Shown: positions 1 through 8,286 of the stretch, in pieces
Numbering within the stretch: position 1 is the first letter of the stretch
Layout: the number at the start of each line of letters is the position of its first letter
Source: a bacterium
Lineage (GTDB): Bacteria; RBG-13-61-14; DATKZS01
Assembly (NCBI GenBank): GCA_963674965.2
Contig: CAXXFL010000007.1
Coordinates: 1-64,000 of the forward strand
Length of the DNA: 64,000 bases
Direction: 5' to 3'
Notes under the pieces: generated by a model
Database searches by the model: none
Seen by the model: only the letters and a program-made list of their open reading frames with translations
What the model was told of the DNA's origin: nothing
Made by a program: the position numbers and the translations under genes

Positions 1-995
1 GGGCCTGTCGCGAGCAACGTTTAATCGTCGCGCTAAAATTCCCTTCGGGCCTCCGCCGCCGAGGCGCGCGGCCAAGCCGGCAAGGTCGTTGAGCGAGGAC
101 GAGCGGCGCCGGGTGCTGGACGAACTCCACTCCGAGCGCTTTGCCGACAAGGCCCCCCGCGAGGTCTGGGCAACGCTCCTGGACGAGGGGACATGGCTGT
201 GCTCGGTCCGCACCATGTACCGCGTCCTCGACTCGGAAAAGGAAGTCAGGGAGCGGCGCAACCAGCTTCGGCATCCCCGATACAAAAAACCCGAGTTGCT
301 GGCCGAGGCCCCCAACCAGGTCTGGTCCTGGGACGTCACCAAGCTCAAGGGACCGGCCAAATGGACCTGCTACCAGCTCTACGTGATCATGGATATCTTC
401 AGCCGCTGCGTGGTGGGCTGGATGATCGCCCGCCGCGAGAGCGCCGAGCTGGCCCGCCGCCTGATCGGGGACAGCATCCGAAAACAGGAGATCGAGCCGG
501 GACAACTCACAATCCACGCCGACCGGGGGAGTTCGATGAAATCAAAGCCGGTGGCCTTCTTGATGGCCGACCTGGGCGTGACCAAGAGCCACTCGCGGCC
601 CCACGTGTCCGACGACAACCCCTACTCGGAAAGCCAGTTCAAGACCATGAAGTACCGGCCCGAGTTCCCGAGCCGGTTCGGCTCCATCGAGGACGCCAGG
701 GCCTTTTGCGTGAAGTTTTTCGATTGGTACAACCGCGAGCATCGGCACACCGGGATCGGCCTGATGACGCCCGAGATGGTCCATTACGGAATGGCGAGCG
801 AGATCGTGGCCGCCAGGCAAAAAACGCTCGACCACGCCTATGAAAAAAAACCGGAGCGCTTCGTGAAAAGACCGCCGACGGCGCCGGAGTTGCCCGGCAA
901 AGCGTGGATCAACCCACCGGCGAAACCGGAGGAAATAAACAGTTTGCCACACTAAATTCAGGAAAGGCGTGTCTCATTTTGCTTGACACATTCCG
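1..995 (+). mobile_element. IS3-family insertion sequence, right part
   Basis: Transposase is followed by an IR-like end TGTCTCATTTTGCTTGACACATTCCG (970-995). The left end is outside the window, so the exact boundary is uncertain. Confidence 0.7.
2..955 (+). CDS. IS3-family transposase (rve/DDE integrase core), 5'-truncated by window edge
   Basis: Frame open from position 2. Motifs PNQVWSWDVT, TIHADRGS, DNPYSESQFKTMKY and WYNREHRH match the IS3/rve DDE core. Confidence 0.9.
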   Translation, partial: GLSRATFNRRAKIPFGPPPPRRAAKPARSLSEDERRRVLDELHSERFADKAPREVWATLLDEGTWLCSVRTMYRVLDSEKEVRERRNQLRHPRYKKPELLAEAPNQVWSWDVTKLKGPAKWTCYQLYVIMDIFSRCVVGWMIARRESAELARRLIGDSIRKQEIEPGQLTIHADRGSSMKSKPVAFLMADLGVTKSHSRPHVSDDNPYSESQFKTMKYRPEFPSRFGSIEDARAFCVKFFDWYNREHRHTGIGLMTPEMVHYGMASEIVAARQKTLDHAYEKKPERFVKRPPTAPELPGKAWINPPAKPEEINSLPH

Positions 996-1114
996 ATCGG
1001 GATTTGCTCCACTTTTCAATATTTTTTCAGCTTCTTTATAATTGCATGCAATTACAGCTTTATGCAGGGGCGATAAGGGAGTGGGAATTATATCAGAACC
1101 CTCTATTTCTTTTA

Positions 1115-2109
1115 GAGCACTTAACGATTGACATGACGTATTGATTGTGGTATTCTCTTGTCATGGGAATATCATCTTCAGAGATTCGCGAGCGGGCGCT
1201 TGCCGCCTATCAGACCGGCGATTACACGCAATTGGAGGTCGCCGCCATCTTTCGGGTCAGTACGCGCACCTTTCAACGCTGGCTCAAGCAGTACCGGGAA
1301 CATGGCTCGACCGAGCCGGGTAAACGTGGCCACCGCGCCGCCGTTTATCGCGGCGCCGACCTTAAGCGTTTGGACGGCCTTATTGCTCGCCACCCGGACG
1401 CGACTCTTGATGAGTTGCGCGAACTCACGGGCAAGTCGTGTTCCCTCATGGCGGTGCAGCGCGCCGTTGCGCGCTTGGGGTACAGCCTAAAAAAAAACGC
1501 TTTCGGCCAGCGAACAAAACCGGCCTGACGTGATCCATTCCCGCCTGGAGTGGAGCGCGGGTCCGATGCTCGGCGATGCTCGGCGGCTGGTATTCATCGA
1601 CGAGTCTGGCGCCAAGACCAACATGACCCGCCACCGCGGGCGGGGCCGCCGGGGCCAGAGAGTCCGTGATCACGCCCCCCATGGTCATTGGCATACCACG
1701 ACGATGATCGGCTCGATTCGTTTTGACGGGCAGGTGAGTTGCATGGCGATCGAGGGTTCCGCGAACCGTGAGGTTTTTCGGTCTTACGTCAGGCACATCC
1801 TTGGCCCGACCTTGCGGCCGGGCGACGTGGTGGTCGCCGATAATCTCTCGGTGCACAAGGACGCCCAAAGTCGGGAGATTATCGAGGCCCTCGGCGCCCG
1901 CTTGGTGTTCCTGCCTCCGTACAGTCCCGATTTCAATCCGATCGAAAAGATGTGGAGCAAGGTGAAGAATCATTTACGCTCCGCCAAGGCGCGAACGCAT
2001 CCTCGATTAATCGCGGCAATAAGCGAGGCATTATCTTCCATTACGGCCAGCGATGCTAAGGGCTATTTTTTTTCGTGCGGTTATACGACATTACAAACGT
2101 GAAGTGCTC
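1115..2109 (+). mobile_element. IS630-family element, complete
   Basis: Inverted ends GAGCACTTAACGATTG (1115-1130) and CAAACGTGAAGTGCTC (2094-2109), with TA duplicated at 1113-1114 and 2110-2111. Confidence 0.92.
1163..2102 (+). CDS. IS630 transposase in two frames (HTH orfA + DDE orfB) joined at an A9 run
   Basis: orfA is HTH-like. orfB has LVFIDESG, VVADNLSVHK and LPPYSPDFNPIE. The A9 run is at 1489-1497. Confidence 0.88.
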
Positions 2110-2385
2110 TAACGACTCATTCTCACATGTACGATATTTTTGTTGAACTCTTGCTTCGTACAAAGGGCTCTCAGGACTGATACGCATGTGGTTTTTATAA
2201 TTTTTTAAAAATGTGCTTGCGGAGAAAAATATAAAGAGGAAAAGTGAACCAGCAAAATACGCCGCTAAAGAGAGATATTTCTCGCGTGATCGGCGTTATT
2301 CTATTCTTATTCATAACGCCGACTCACGCGGATTGTTCCTTATTTTTCAATTTACTGAAAACTTTCCTACTCCCTTTTGCGCCCG

Positions 2386-4179
2386 TCACCTTGGGATGAC
2401 GGGCAAGGTCACGTGGGTGGGGTACTGAGCGTTATGGTAGATGGTCTGGTCGGCCACGACGATATTGTCGATGCCGCCTTCCCCGCCGCCGTTGGTGTTG
2501 CGGTCGAACTGGGGGTAGTTGGAGGAGCTTATCTCGAGGGCGATGCGGTGGCCGGGGGCGAAGTAGTTCGAGGTGGACCACAGGTCGATCTTGAACTCGT
2601 AGACCTGACCCGGCACTATGGGCACGCCCTCCTCGTAGCCGTCGCGGTAGCGGGCGCGGATGCATCCGTCCTGGATATACATGGCCTTCTCTTTCCCGCC
2701 ATGGCCGCCGGGGTGGATATCCATGAGCATGGCCGTGAAGTCCGTGTCCCTGGCCGAGCTCGAGGCGTACAAGGTCACGCTGATGGGTCCGGTCACCTCG
2801 ACGCCCTCCTCGAGGGGGGCCGTGGCGAAGATGAGGTTGTCCGAGCGGCCGAAGAACTCCATCTGGTCGAAGCTTCCCGCCTTGTGTCCGGTAAAGGGCT
2901 GGAAGGTCCCGCCCTTGGTGGGGCGCGGGTTACGAGGATCGTACTTATAGGCGTCCGGCGTCTCCTCGCCGGCTGGCTTATCAAGCGAAAGCGATCCGCC
3001 GCCCGGGTAGTCGAGGGCGTCTCCGTTCGAGTGGACGTAATAGTTGGTGTACCTCGTCCGGGCCAGGGGCCATTCCTGTTCATCGCGCCAGACGTTCTCG
3101 CCCATGATGAAGATTTTGACGGGGGCCCGGTCCTCCGCTCCGTTGTCGATGCCCTTCAGCCAATGGTCGTACCAGGCCAGGGACTCCTCGAGGAAGAGCT
3201 TCATGCCTTTCAATTTCCCGTCCTCGAACTTGGACTTGGGCATGCCGTGGACCCAGGGGCCGACGATAAGACGTGATTTTCTCGCGTCGCCCTTCCCTTC
3301 CGCTCTTATGGCGACAAAGTCGTCGAGTTGGGGCTGCTCGAACTGGTCGAACCATCCGGAGATAAGGAGCGCGGGGGCGCTGACGGTTTTGTAATAGGGC
3401 CGGAAGTCTCCCGGGGCCTGGTTCATGAGGTCACCCGGGTGCTCGAGCATGAGCATAGGGCTGTAATCGTTGGGGTTTTCCCGTATGGCTTCCAGGTCGA
3501 TGGGCGTTGCTTTGCGCATGGGCGCGTTATAATAGCCGGTTTCGAGGTCGGGTTTCCATTCCGAGTCGGTGATCTGGGCCTCCATTCCCGCGAGCCAGCC
3601 TTCGACCATAATATACTCGAGGGCCCCTCCGTTGATCACCATCTTGAACATGTTCCCCGAGGTAAAGAGGGGGACCATGCAATCGACCGTGGGGTTGTCC
3701 AATGCCGTCTCCCACTGGGTATAGCCGAAATATGACGCGCCGATCATTCCCAGGTTGCCGTCGTACCAGGGTTGCTTGACTATCCAGTCCGTGGTGTCAC
3801 GGCCGTCGGGAATCTCGTAAATCAGGGGGTACCATACTCCCTCCGAGTTCTCGATGCCACGCGTGTCCTGGGCAAGGATTATATAACCGTTCCGCGAGAA
3901 ATAATTGCCGATGTACTTGTACATTTTCGAGTCGGTCCCGTAGGGAATCCTGGATAATATAACGGGAAATTTCCCCGGCTTATCGGGCCTGTACACGTCG
4001 GTGGCCAGGCCGATGCCGTCCCTGGTGGGGACCATGACGTTCATCTCGATTATAGTGTCAACCTTTTCGCCGGCCGGTATCTCCAGCGTATTGGTGATGA
4101 TCTTGTAGCAGCCCGCGCAGGCGGTCAGGCAGATGGCCGCGGCAATCGCAATTGTGAGTTTTCTACCCGATAATCTCAT
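2386..4179 (-). CDS. CocE/NonD-family (S15) hydrolase, probable lipoprotein
   Basis: GASYFG nucleophile elbow, GWFD, IVGPWVH, C-terminal ISSSNYPQFDRN, and an N-terminal signal with lipobox-like Cys. Confidence 0.9.
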   Translation of the reverse strand: MRLSGRKLTIAIAAAICLTACAGCYKIITNTLEIPAGEKVDTIIEMNVMVPTRDGIGLATDVYRPDKPGKFPVILSRIPYGTDSKMYKYIGNYFSRNGYIILAQDTRGIENSEGVWYPLIYEIPDGRDTTDWIVKQPWYDGNLGMIGASYFGYTQWETALDNPTVDCMVPLFTSGNMFKMVINGGALEYIMVEGWLAGMEAQITDSEWKPDLETGYYNAPMRKATPIDLEAIRENPNDYSPMLMLEHPGDLMNQAPGDFRPYYKTVSAPALLISGWFDQFEQPQLDDFVAIRAEGKGDARKSRLIVGPWVHGMPKSKFEDGKLKGMKLFLEESLAWYDHWLKGIDNGAEDRAPVKIFIMGENVWRDEQEWPLARTRYTNYYVHSNGDALDYPGGGSLSLDKPAGEETPDAYKYDPRNPRPTKGGTFQPFTGHKAGSFDQMEFFGRSDNLIFATAPLEEGVEVTGPISVTLYASSSARDTDFTAMLMDIHPGGHGGKEKAMYIQDGCIRARYRDGYEEGVPIVPGQVYEFKIDLWSTSNYFAPGHRIALEISSSNYPQFDRNTNGGGEGGIDNIVVADQTIYHNAQYPTHVTLPVIPR

Positions 4180-4245
4180 GCTATTTCCCTCCCCGGAATG
4201 TTTTTAATAAGCGGATACTTGAGGTTAACCCGGAACGCGAGACGA

Positions 4246-4274
4246 ATCATAACCCGCCATTATATTCATGTCAA
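4246..4274 (-). promoter_or_regulatory. sigma70-like promoter of cocE
   Basis: Minus strand TTGACA-17 bp-TATGAT. Confidence 0.6.
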
Positions 4275-4329
4275 CAAGTTTTTGACGCGTGGAAAAGATA
4301 TTATGGGAAGATCGCGGCCAAAGATGGGT

Positions 4330-4368
4330 AAAGAAAGAAAAAGCCGGAAGAAACAACGTCCTCCCGGC
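4330..4368 (-). terminator. Rho-independent terminator after iscU
   Basis: Minus strand GCCGGGAG...CTTCCGGC hairpin followed by TTTTTCTTTCTTT. Confidence 0.65.
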
Positions 4369-4393
4369 CATGGCCTATTGACTGGTTAGCCGA

Positions 4394-4915
4394 TTATTCC
4401 TCGGGACCGCAGGTGGAACAGGTCGAGGCGCCCGTATGCTCGTCTTTTTCGCAACTCGGGCAGCCGCAGCCATCGCCGTGCTCGTCGCCTTCCTCGTGCT
4501 CGTGATCGATTATGACCTTGGGGGGGGCCGAAAGACCCTTCTCCTTGGCGCTCTGATAACTGTGGATGGCCGCGTGCAGGGCGTCGGCGCCCAGGTTCGA
4601 GCAATGCATCTTCTGGGCGGGCAGTCCCTCCAGTTCCTTGGCCACGTCCTTGTTCTGGATTTTCAGGGCCTCCTCCAGGGTCTTGCCCTTGGCCATCTCC
4701 GAGATCATGGAAGAAACGGCTATGGCCGCGCCGCAGCCGAAGGTCTTGAACTTGACGTCCTCGATCTTCTCGTCCTTCACCTTGATGTAGAAGGTCATGA
4801 TATCCCCGCAGGACGGGTTGCCAACCTCGCCTATCCCGTCGGCGTTCTCGATCTCGCCCACGTTCCTGGGGTTGGTAAAGTGGTCCAATACCGTGTCGCT
4901 GTATTTCATCGCCAT
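4394..4915 (-). CDS. iscU: Fe-S scaffold IscU/NifU-N with His/Cys-rich C-terminal extension
   Basis: DHFTNPRNVG, SCGD, TFGCG and KMHCS motifs; lies downstream of iscS. Confidence 0.93.
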   Translation of the reverse strand: MAMKYSDTVLDHFTNPRNVGEIENADGIGEVGNPSCGDIMTFYIKVKDEKIEDVKFKTFGCGAAIAVSSMISEMAKGKTLEEALKIQNKDVAKELEGLPAQKMHCSNLGADALHAAIHSYQSAKEKGLSAPPKVIIDHEHEEGDEHGDGCGCPSCEKDEHTGASTCSTCGPEE

Positions 4916-5003
4916 CGTTACATCCTCCCGGACTATCCGTCACGACCGGTGAGGCCGCGAAGTTTTAAGATTATGCCCAGAGCGGGCTGAACTATTTATT
5001 ATA

Positions 5004-6173
5004 TTACCCCGACTTCTTTTTGTAAAGAGGCGACATATCGCGAAGCCTCTGTATTATCGGGGGCAGGGCCTCGAAAACCTTCTCCACGTCGGCCTCGGTA
5101 TTGTCCTTGCCAAGAGTGAAGAGAAGAGAACCCTGGGCGTCCGCGTGGTCCATGCCCATGGCCAGCATAACGTGGCTGACCTTGAGGCTCCTCGAGATGC
5201 AGGCCGAACCCGAGGCGATGGCGACGCCCGCCATGTCCATGAAAAGAAGCACCGACTCGCCCTCGATAAACTGGGCGCCAACGCTCACGTTGCCCGGCAG
5301 CCTCTTCTCGGGATGGCCGAACTCGAGCAGGTGGTCGATCCTCTCCAGGAGGCCCGACTTGAGTTTCTTGCCCAGGGCCTCGAGCTTCACTCTCCTGTTC
5401 TCCATCTCCTTCATGGCCGTTTCGGCCGCCACGCCCATGCCCACGATGGCCGGAACGTTCTCGGTACCCGCCCTTTTGCCCTTCTCCTGGATGCCTCCGT
5501 CCAGAAGCGGCCTCACCGAGACGCCCTTCCGAACGTAAAGCGCGCCCGCCCCTTTAGGGCCGTAGAACATGTTGGCGGAAAGGGACAGGAGGTCAACGTT
5601 CATTTGCTTAACGTTAATGTGCACGGCCCCCACCGAGTCGACCGCGTCCGTGTGAAAGGGGATGCCGCGCTCGGAGGTGATCTTGCCTATTTCCGCGATG
5701 GGCTGTATGGTTCCCACCTCGGGGTTGGCGTGCTGGATGGACACGAGTATGGTCTTGTCGGTGATGGCCTTTTTCACCTCCTCGGGATCGACCATGCCGT
5801 ACTTGTCCACCGGTACCTGGGTAACCTCGAACCCGAGCTTTTCCATGACCTTGATGGTGTGCATAATGGAAAAATGCTCGATCGGGGTCGTGATGATATG
5901 GTCGCCCTTGCTACGGCGTGCAAAAGGCACTCCTTTAAAGGCAAAGTTATTGGACTCGGTGCCGCAGGACGTGAATACTATCTCATCCGGGTTCGCGCCA
6001 ATCAGAGCGGCCACCTTCTCGCGGGACTCGTTGATGGCGTTCTCCGCCTCTTCCCCAAAGCCGTGTATTGACGAGGGGTTACCGAAGTGCTCCTTGAAAA
6101 AGGGCATCATGGCCTCGAGGGCCTCCGGCAAAAGCGGCGTACCCGCGATGTGGTCCATGTAAATCTTATCCAT
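5004..6173 (-). CDS. iscS: Cysteine desulfurase IscS/NifS
   Basis: FGNPSSIH, SCGTESNN, RAGTENVP and SGSAC motifs. The usual SxHK motif with the PLP lysine reads SANM here. Confidence 0.88.
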   Translation of the reverse strand: MDKIYMDHIAGTPLLPEALEAMMPFFKEHFGNPSSIHGFGEEAENAINESREKVAALIGANPDEIVFTSCGTESNNFAFKGVPFARRSKGDHIITTPIEHFSIMHTIKVMEKLGFEVTQVPVDKYGMVDPEEVKKAITDKTILVSIQHANPEVGTIQPIAEIGKITSERGIPFHTDAVDSVGAVHINVKQMNVDLLSLSANMFYGPKGAGALYVRKGVSVRPLLDGGIQEKGKRAGTENVPAIVGMGVAAETAMKEMENRRVKLEALGKKLKSGLLERIDHLLEFGHPEKRLPGNVSVGAQFIEGESVLLFMDMAGVAIASGSACISRSLKVSHVMLAMGMDHADAQGSLLFTLGKDNTEADVEKVFEALPPIIQRLRDMSPLYKKKSG

Positions 6174-6215
6174 CAGTATCTCCTTCCCTACATTAGATCG
6201 TAGCCGTATTATGAG

Positions 6216-6244
6216 AATATAAGGCCGGATACCATAAATGGCAA
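6216..6244 (-). promoter_or_regulatory. sigma70-like promoter of iscSU
   Basis: Minus strand TTGCCA-17 bp-TATATT. Confidence 0.5.
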
Positions 6245-6380
6245 GCCGATGATTTCACAAAAATTTTGAGGCGGCCCGATTATCGCCGCATATGGGGGTT
6301 TTCATAAAGAAAGGGCCTCGAAAGACCGCGCTGATCAATTCCACCCCTCACCGGAAATGACGCCCTCCCGTCGAATTTTG

Positions 6381-6409
6381 TTGAAAAATCCCACCCGCCG
6401 TGTTATATT
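6381..6409 (+). promoter_or_regulatory. sigma70-like promoter of tRNA-Lys
   Basis: TTGAAA-17 bp-TATATT with an extended -10 TG. Confidence 0.6.
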
Positions 6410-6471
6410 TAAACAATACGGGAACCGCGAGCGCGGTTCCTTTCTATTTACCGGCCTTTCGCCGGCTCAAA

Positions 6472-6548
6472 GGGCCGTTAGCTCAGTCTGGTAGAGCACC
6501 GGACTTTTAATCCGTTGGTCCGGGGTTCGAATCCCCGACGGCCCGCCA
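6472..6548 (+). tRNA. tRNA-Lys(UUU)
   Basis: GGGCCGT acceptor stem, D-arm GCTCAGTCTGGTAGAGC, anticodon loop CTTTTAA, T-loop GGTTCGAATCC, encoded CCA. Confidence 0.97.
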
Positions 6549-6663
6549 ACATCTTCAAGAAAAATTCTTTTAAATTCAGGCCTTTCAACGAAGGGGCGGT
6601 CCAACCCCCAAGGGGACGCGTCCGCTCAAAAACCCCTTTTTCCGGCCGTTTTTTCAATTTTTC

Positions 6664-6683
6664 TGTCACGTTTTTGTCACGTT
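6664..6683. repeat. Direct repeat TGTCACGTT x2, 11-bp period
   Basis: Copies at 6664-6672 and 6675-6683, just downstream of the tRNA. Confidence 0.6.
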
Positions 6684-6747
6684 ACGATACAGGATTGCAT
6701 ATTTACGGGGGCTTTTGGGTCCCAAAGGAGATGGTATGAATGAAGAG

Positions 6748-6958
6748 TTTTGAGGTGGTAAATACTTCAACTAGGTTAGGAATGATCTATTGGAGTAGGC
6801 GGGTCGTGGGCTGGATCGTTTTCGTGAGGCTTATGACCTCGTAAAGGAGATTAGTCAGCCCCGCGACTGGAGCGCCACCGTAAGGCTAGACCTTGTATAG
6901 GAGTTTGGCGGCCCCTCAAAGCGTGTCTACTCCGACCTTAGATCAAATTTATTTCTAG
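6748..6958 (+). ncRNA. Predicted IS110 bridge RNA, copy 1
   Basis: 5' hairpin 6750-6770. Outer stem 6783-6800/6925-6945 encloses two hairpins whose internal loops match the target and donor sites. Confidence 0.8.
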
Positions 6959-6972
6959 GGAGGAGTAAGGAA

Positions 6973-7989
6973 ATGGGAAGGTACATTGGAATCGATCTGC
7001 ACAGGAATTGTTTCACCTCTTGCGTCCTGGCCGAGAACGGACGGAACTATCTCAAGGACTGGCGTCTCGAGGATTTGGAGAAGTTTTGCTCGACGCTTCG
7101 CGAGTCCGACGAGATCGCGGTTGAGGTCACGGGCAACGTCCGCCTTTTTTACGACGCCGTTCGCGGCCTCGTTTCCCGCGTCGTGGTTGTCAACCCTCGC
7201 CAGTTCAAGGTCATCAGCGAGTCGGTCAACAAAACGGACGGCAACGACGCCAGACGCCTTGCCCTGTTTTTGTCCAAGGGCCTTTTGCCGGAGGTGAGGA
7301 TGCCGAACAAGGAACACGCTCAGGTTAAAAGCCTCACTCAAAGCCGGGACAAGCTGGTGAAGCTTCGCACGGCCTTGAAGAACAAGATCAACAACATCTG
7401 CTCGGCCCACGGCATCAACCTGAAGAAGGAATATCTTTCCAGCGAGAAGGGCCTTGAGACGGTGCAGGAGATACCTTTCGACCCCATGGTCAAGACCGAG
7501 GTCCGCGTCCTGGTGGAGCAGATTCGGGGCTTGAACGCCGGGGTCAAGGAGCTTGAGGCCGCCATCAAGGACTCGGGCAATCAGCTTCCCGGTCACAAGA
7601 ATTTGAAGAGCATAAAGGGTATCGGGGACCTTGGCTCGGCCATACTTTTGTCGGTGATCGTTGACGTCAAGGACTTCCCCGACGAGGGCAAGCTGGCCTC
7701 CTACTTCGGCATCGTCCCCCGGGTTAGCAACTCGAACGAGACCAGCCGCTCGGGCCGGATCACGAAGCGGGGCAACAAACTCGGCCGCACTACCCTGGTC
7801 CAATGCGCCCTCATCGCCAAGCGTTACAGCCCTTATTTGTCGAGCTTCTACGAGCGTATCAAGGCCAGGCGCGGCGCGGGCAAGGCCATCATCGCACTGG
7901 CTCGCAAATTTTTGAAGATCATTTACATCACTTTACAGGAAAACTTGATTTGGGAGGACTTCCCGAACGGAGTAATAGCGAAAGGCTGA
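6973..7989 (+). CDS. IS110-family recombinase/transposase
   Basis: RuvC-like DEDD (GIDLH, AVEVT, KTDGND) and C-terminal Tnp domain (ASYFGIVP..SNS..ITKRGN). Confidence 0.95.
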   Translation: MGRYIGIDLHRNCFTSCVLAENGRNYLKDWRLEDLEKFCSTLRESDEIAVEVTGNVRLFYDAVRGLVSRVVVVNPRQFKVISESVNKTDGNDARRLALFLSKGLLPEVRMPNKEHAQVKSLTQSRDKLVKLRTALKNKINNICSAHGINLKKEYLSSEKGLETVQEIPFDPMVKTEVRVLVEQIRGLNAGVKELEAAIKDSGNQLPGHKNLKSIKGIGDLGSAILLSVIVDVKDFPDEGKLASYFGIVPRVSNSNETSRSGRITKRGNKLGRTTLVQCALIAKRYSPYLSSFYERIKARRGAGKAIIALARKFLKIIYITLQENLIWEDFPNGVIAKG

Positions 7990-8025
7990 GTTTGTAAAAT
8001 AATTCAGCTAATTTAAAAGGTTGGG

Positions 8026-8054
8026 TAGACAACCATCATAGGAGATGGTATGAA
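8026..8054 (+). promoter_or_regulatory. RE-LE junction promoter of IS110
   Basis: TAGACA (right end of copy 1)-17 bp-TATGAA (left end of copy 2), with an extended -10 TG. Confidence 0.6.
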
Positions 8055-8061
8055 TGAAGAG

Positions 8062-8272
8062 TTTTGAGGTGGTAAATACTTCAACTAGGTTAGGAATGAT
8101 CTATTGGAGTAGGCGGGTCGTGGGCTGGATCGTTTTCGTGAGGCTTATGACCTCGTAAAGGAGATTAGTCAGCCCCGCGACTGGAGCGCCACCGTAAGGC
8201 TAGACCTTGTATAGGAGTTTGGCGGCCCCTCAAAGCGTGTCTACTCCGACCTTAGATCAAATTTATTTCTAG
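8062..8272 (+). ncRNA. Predicted IS110 bridge RNA, copy 2
   Basis: Same sequence as copy 1, directly downstream of the junction promoter. Confidence 0.8.
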
Positions 8273-8286
8273 GGAGGAGTAAGGAA

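Larger units (their letters stand above)
6731..8044 (+). mobile_element. IS110-family element, copy 1 of tandem dimer (1314 bp)
   Basis: Exact 1314-bp periodicity. AGGAGATG is shared at all three junctions (6726, 8040, 9354). No TIRs, long non-coding left end, short right end. Boundary set at the inferred AT core. Confidence 0.93.

Noticed and set aside
6478-6739. Short ORFs overlapping tRNA-Lys
   Set aside because: They overlap a clear tRNA gene and are spurious.
6955-7803. 282-aa antisense ORF in IS110 (also 8269..9117), considered as an IS900 hed-like gene
   Set aside because: It starts inside the transposase, not at an element end near a host RBS, and reads as a codon-shadow ORF.
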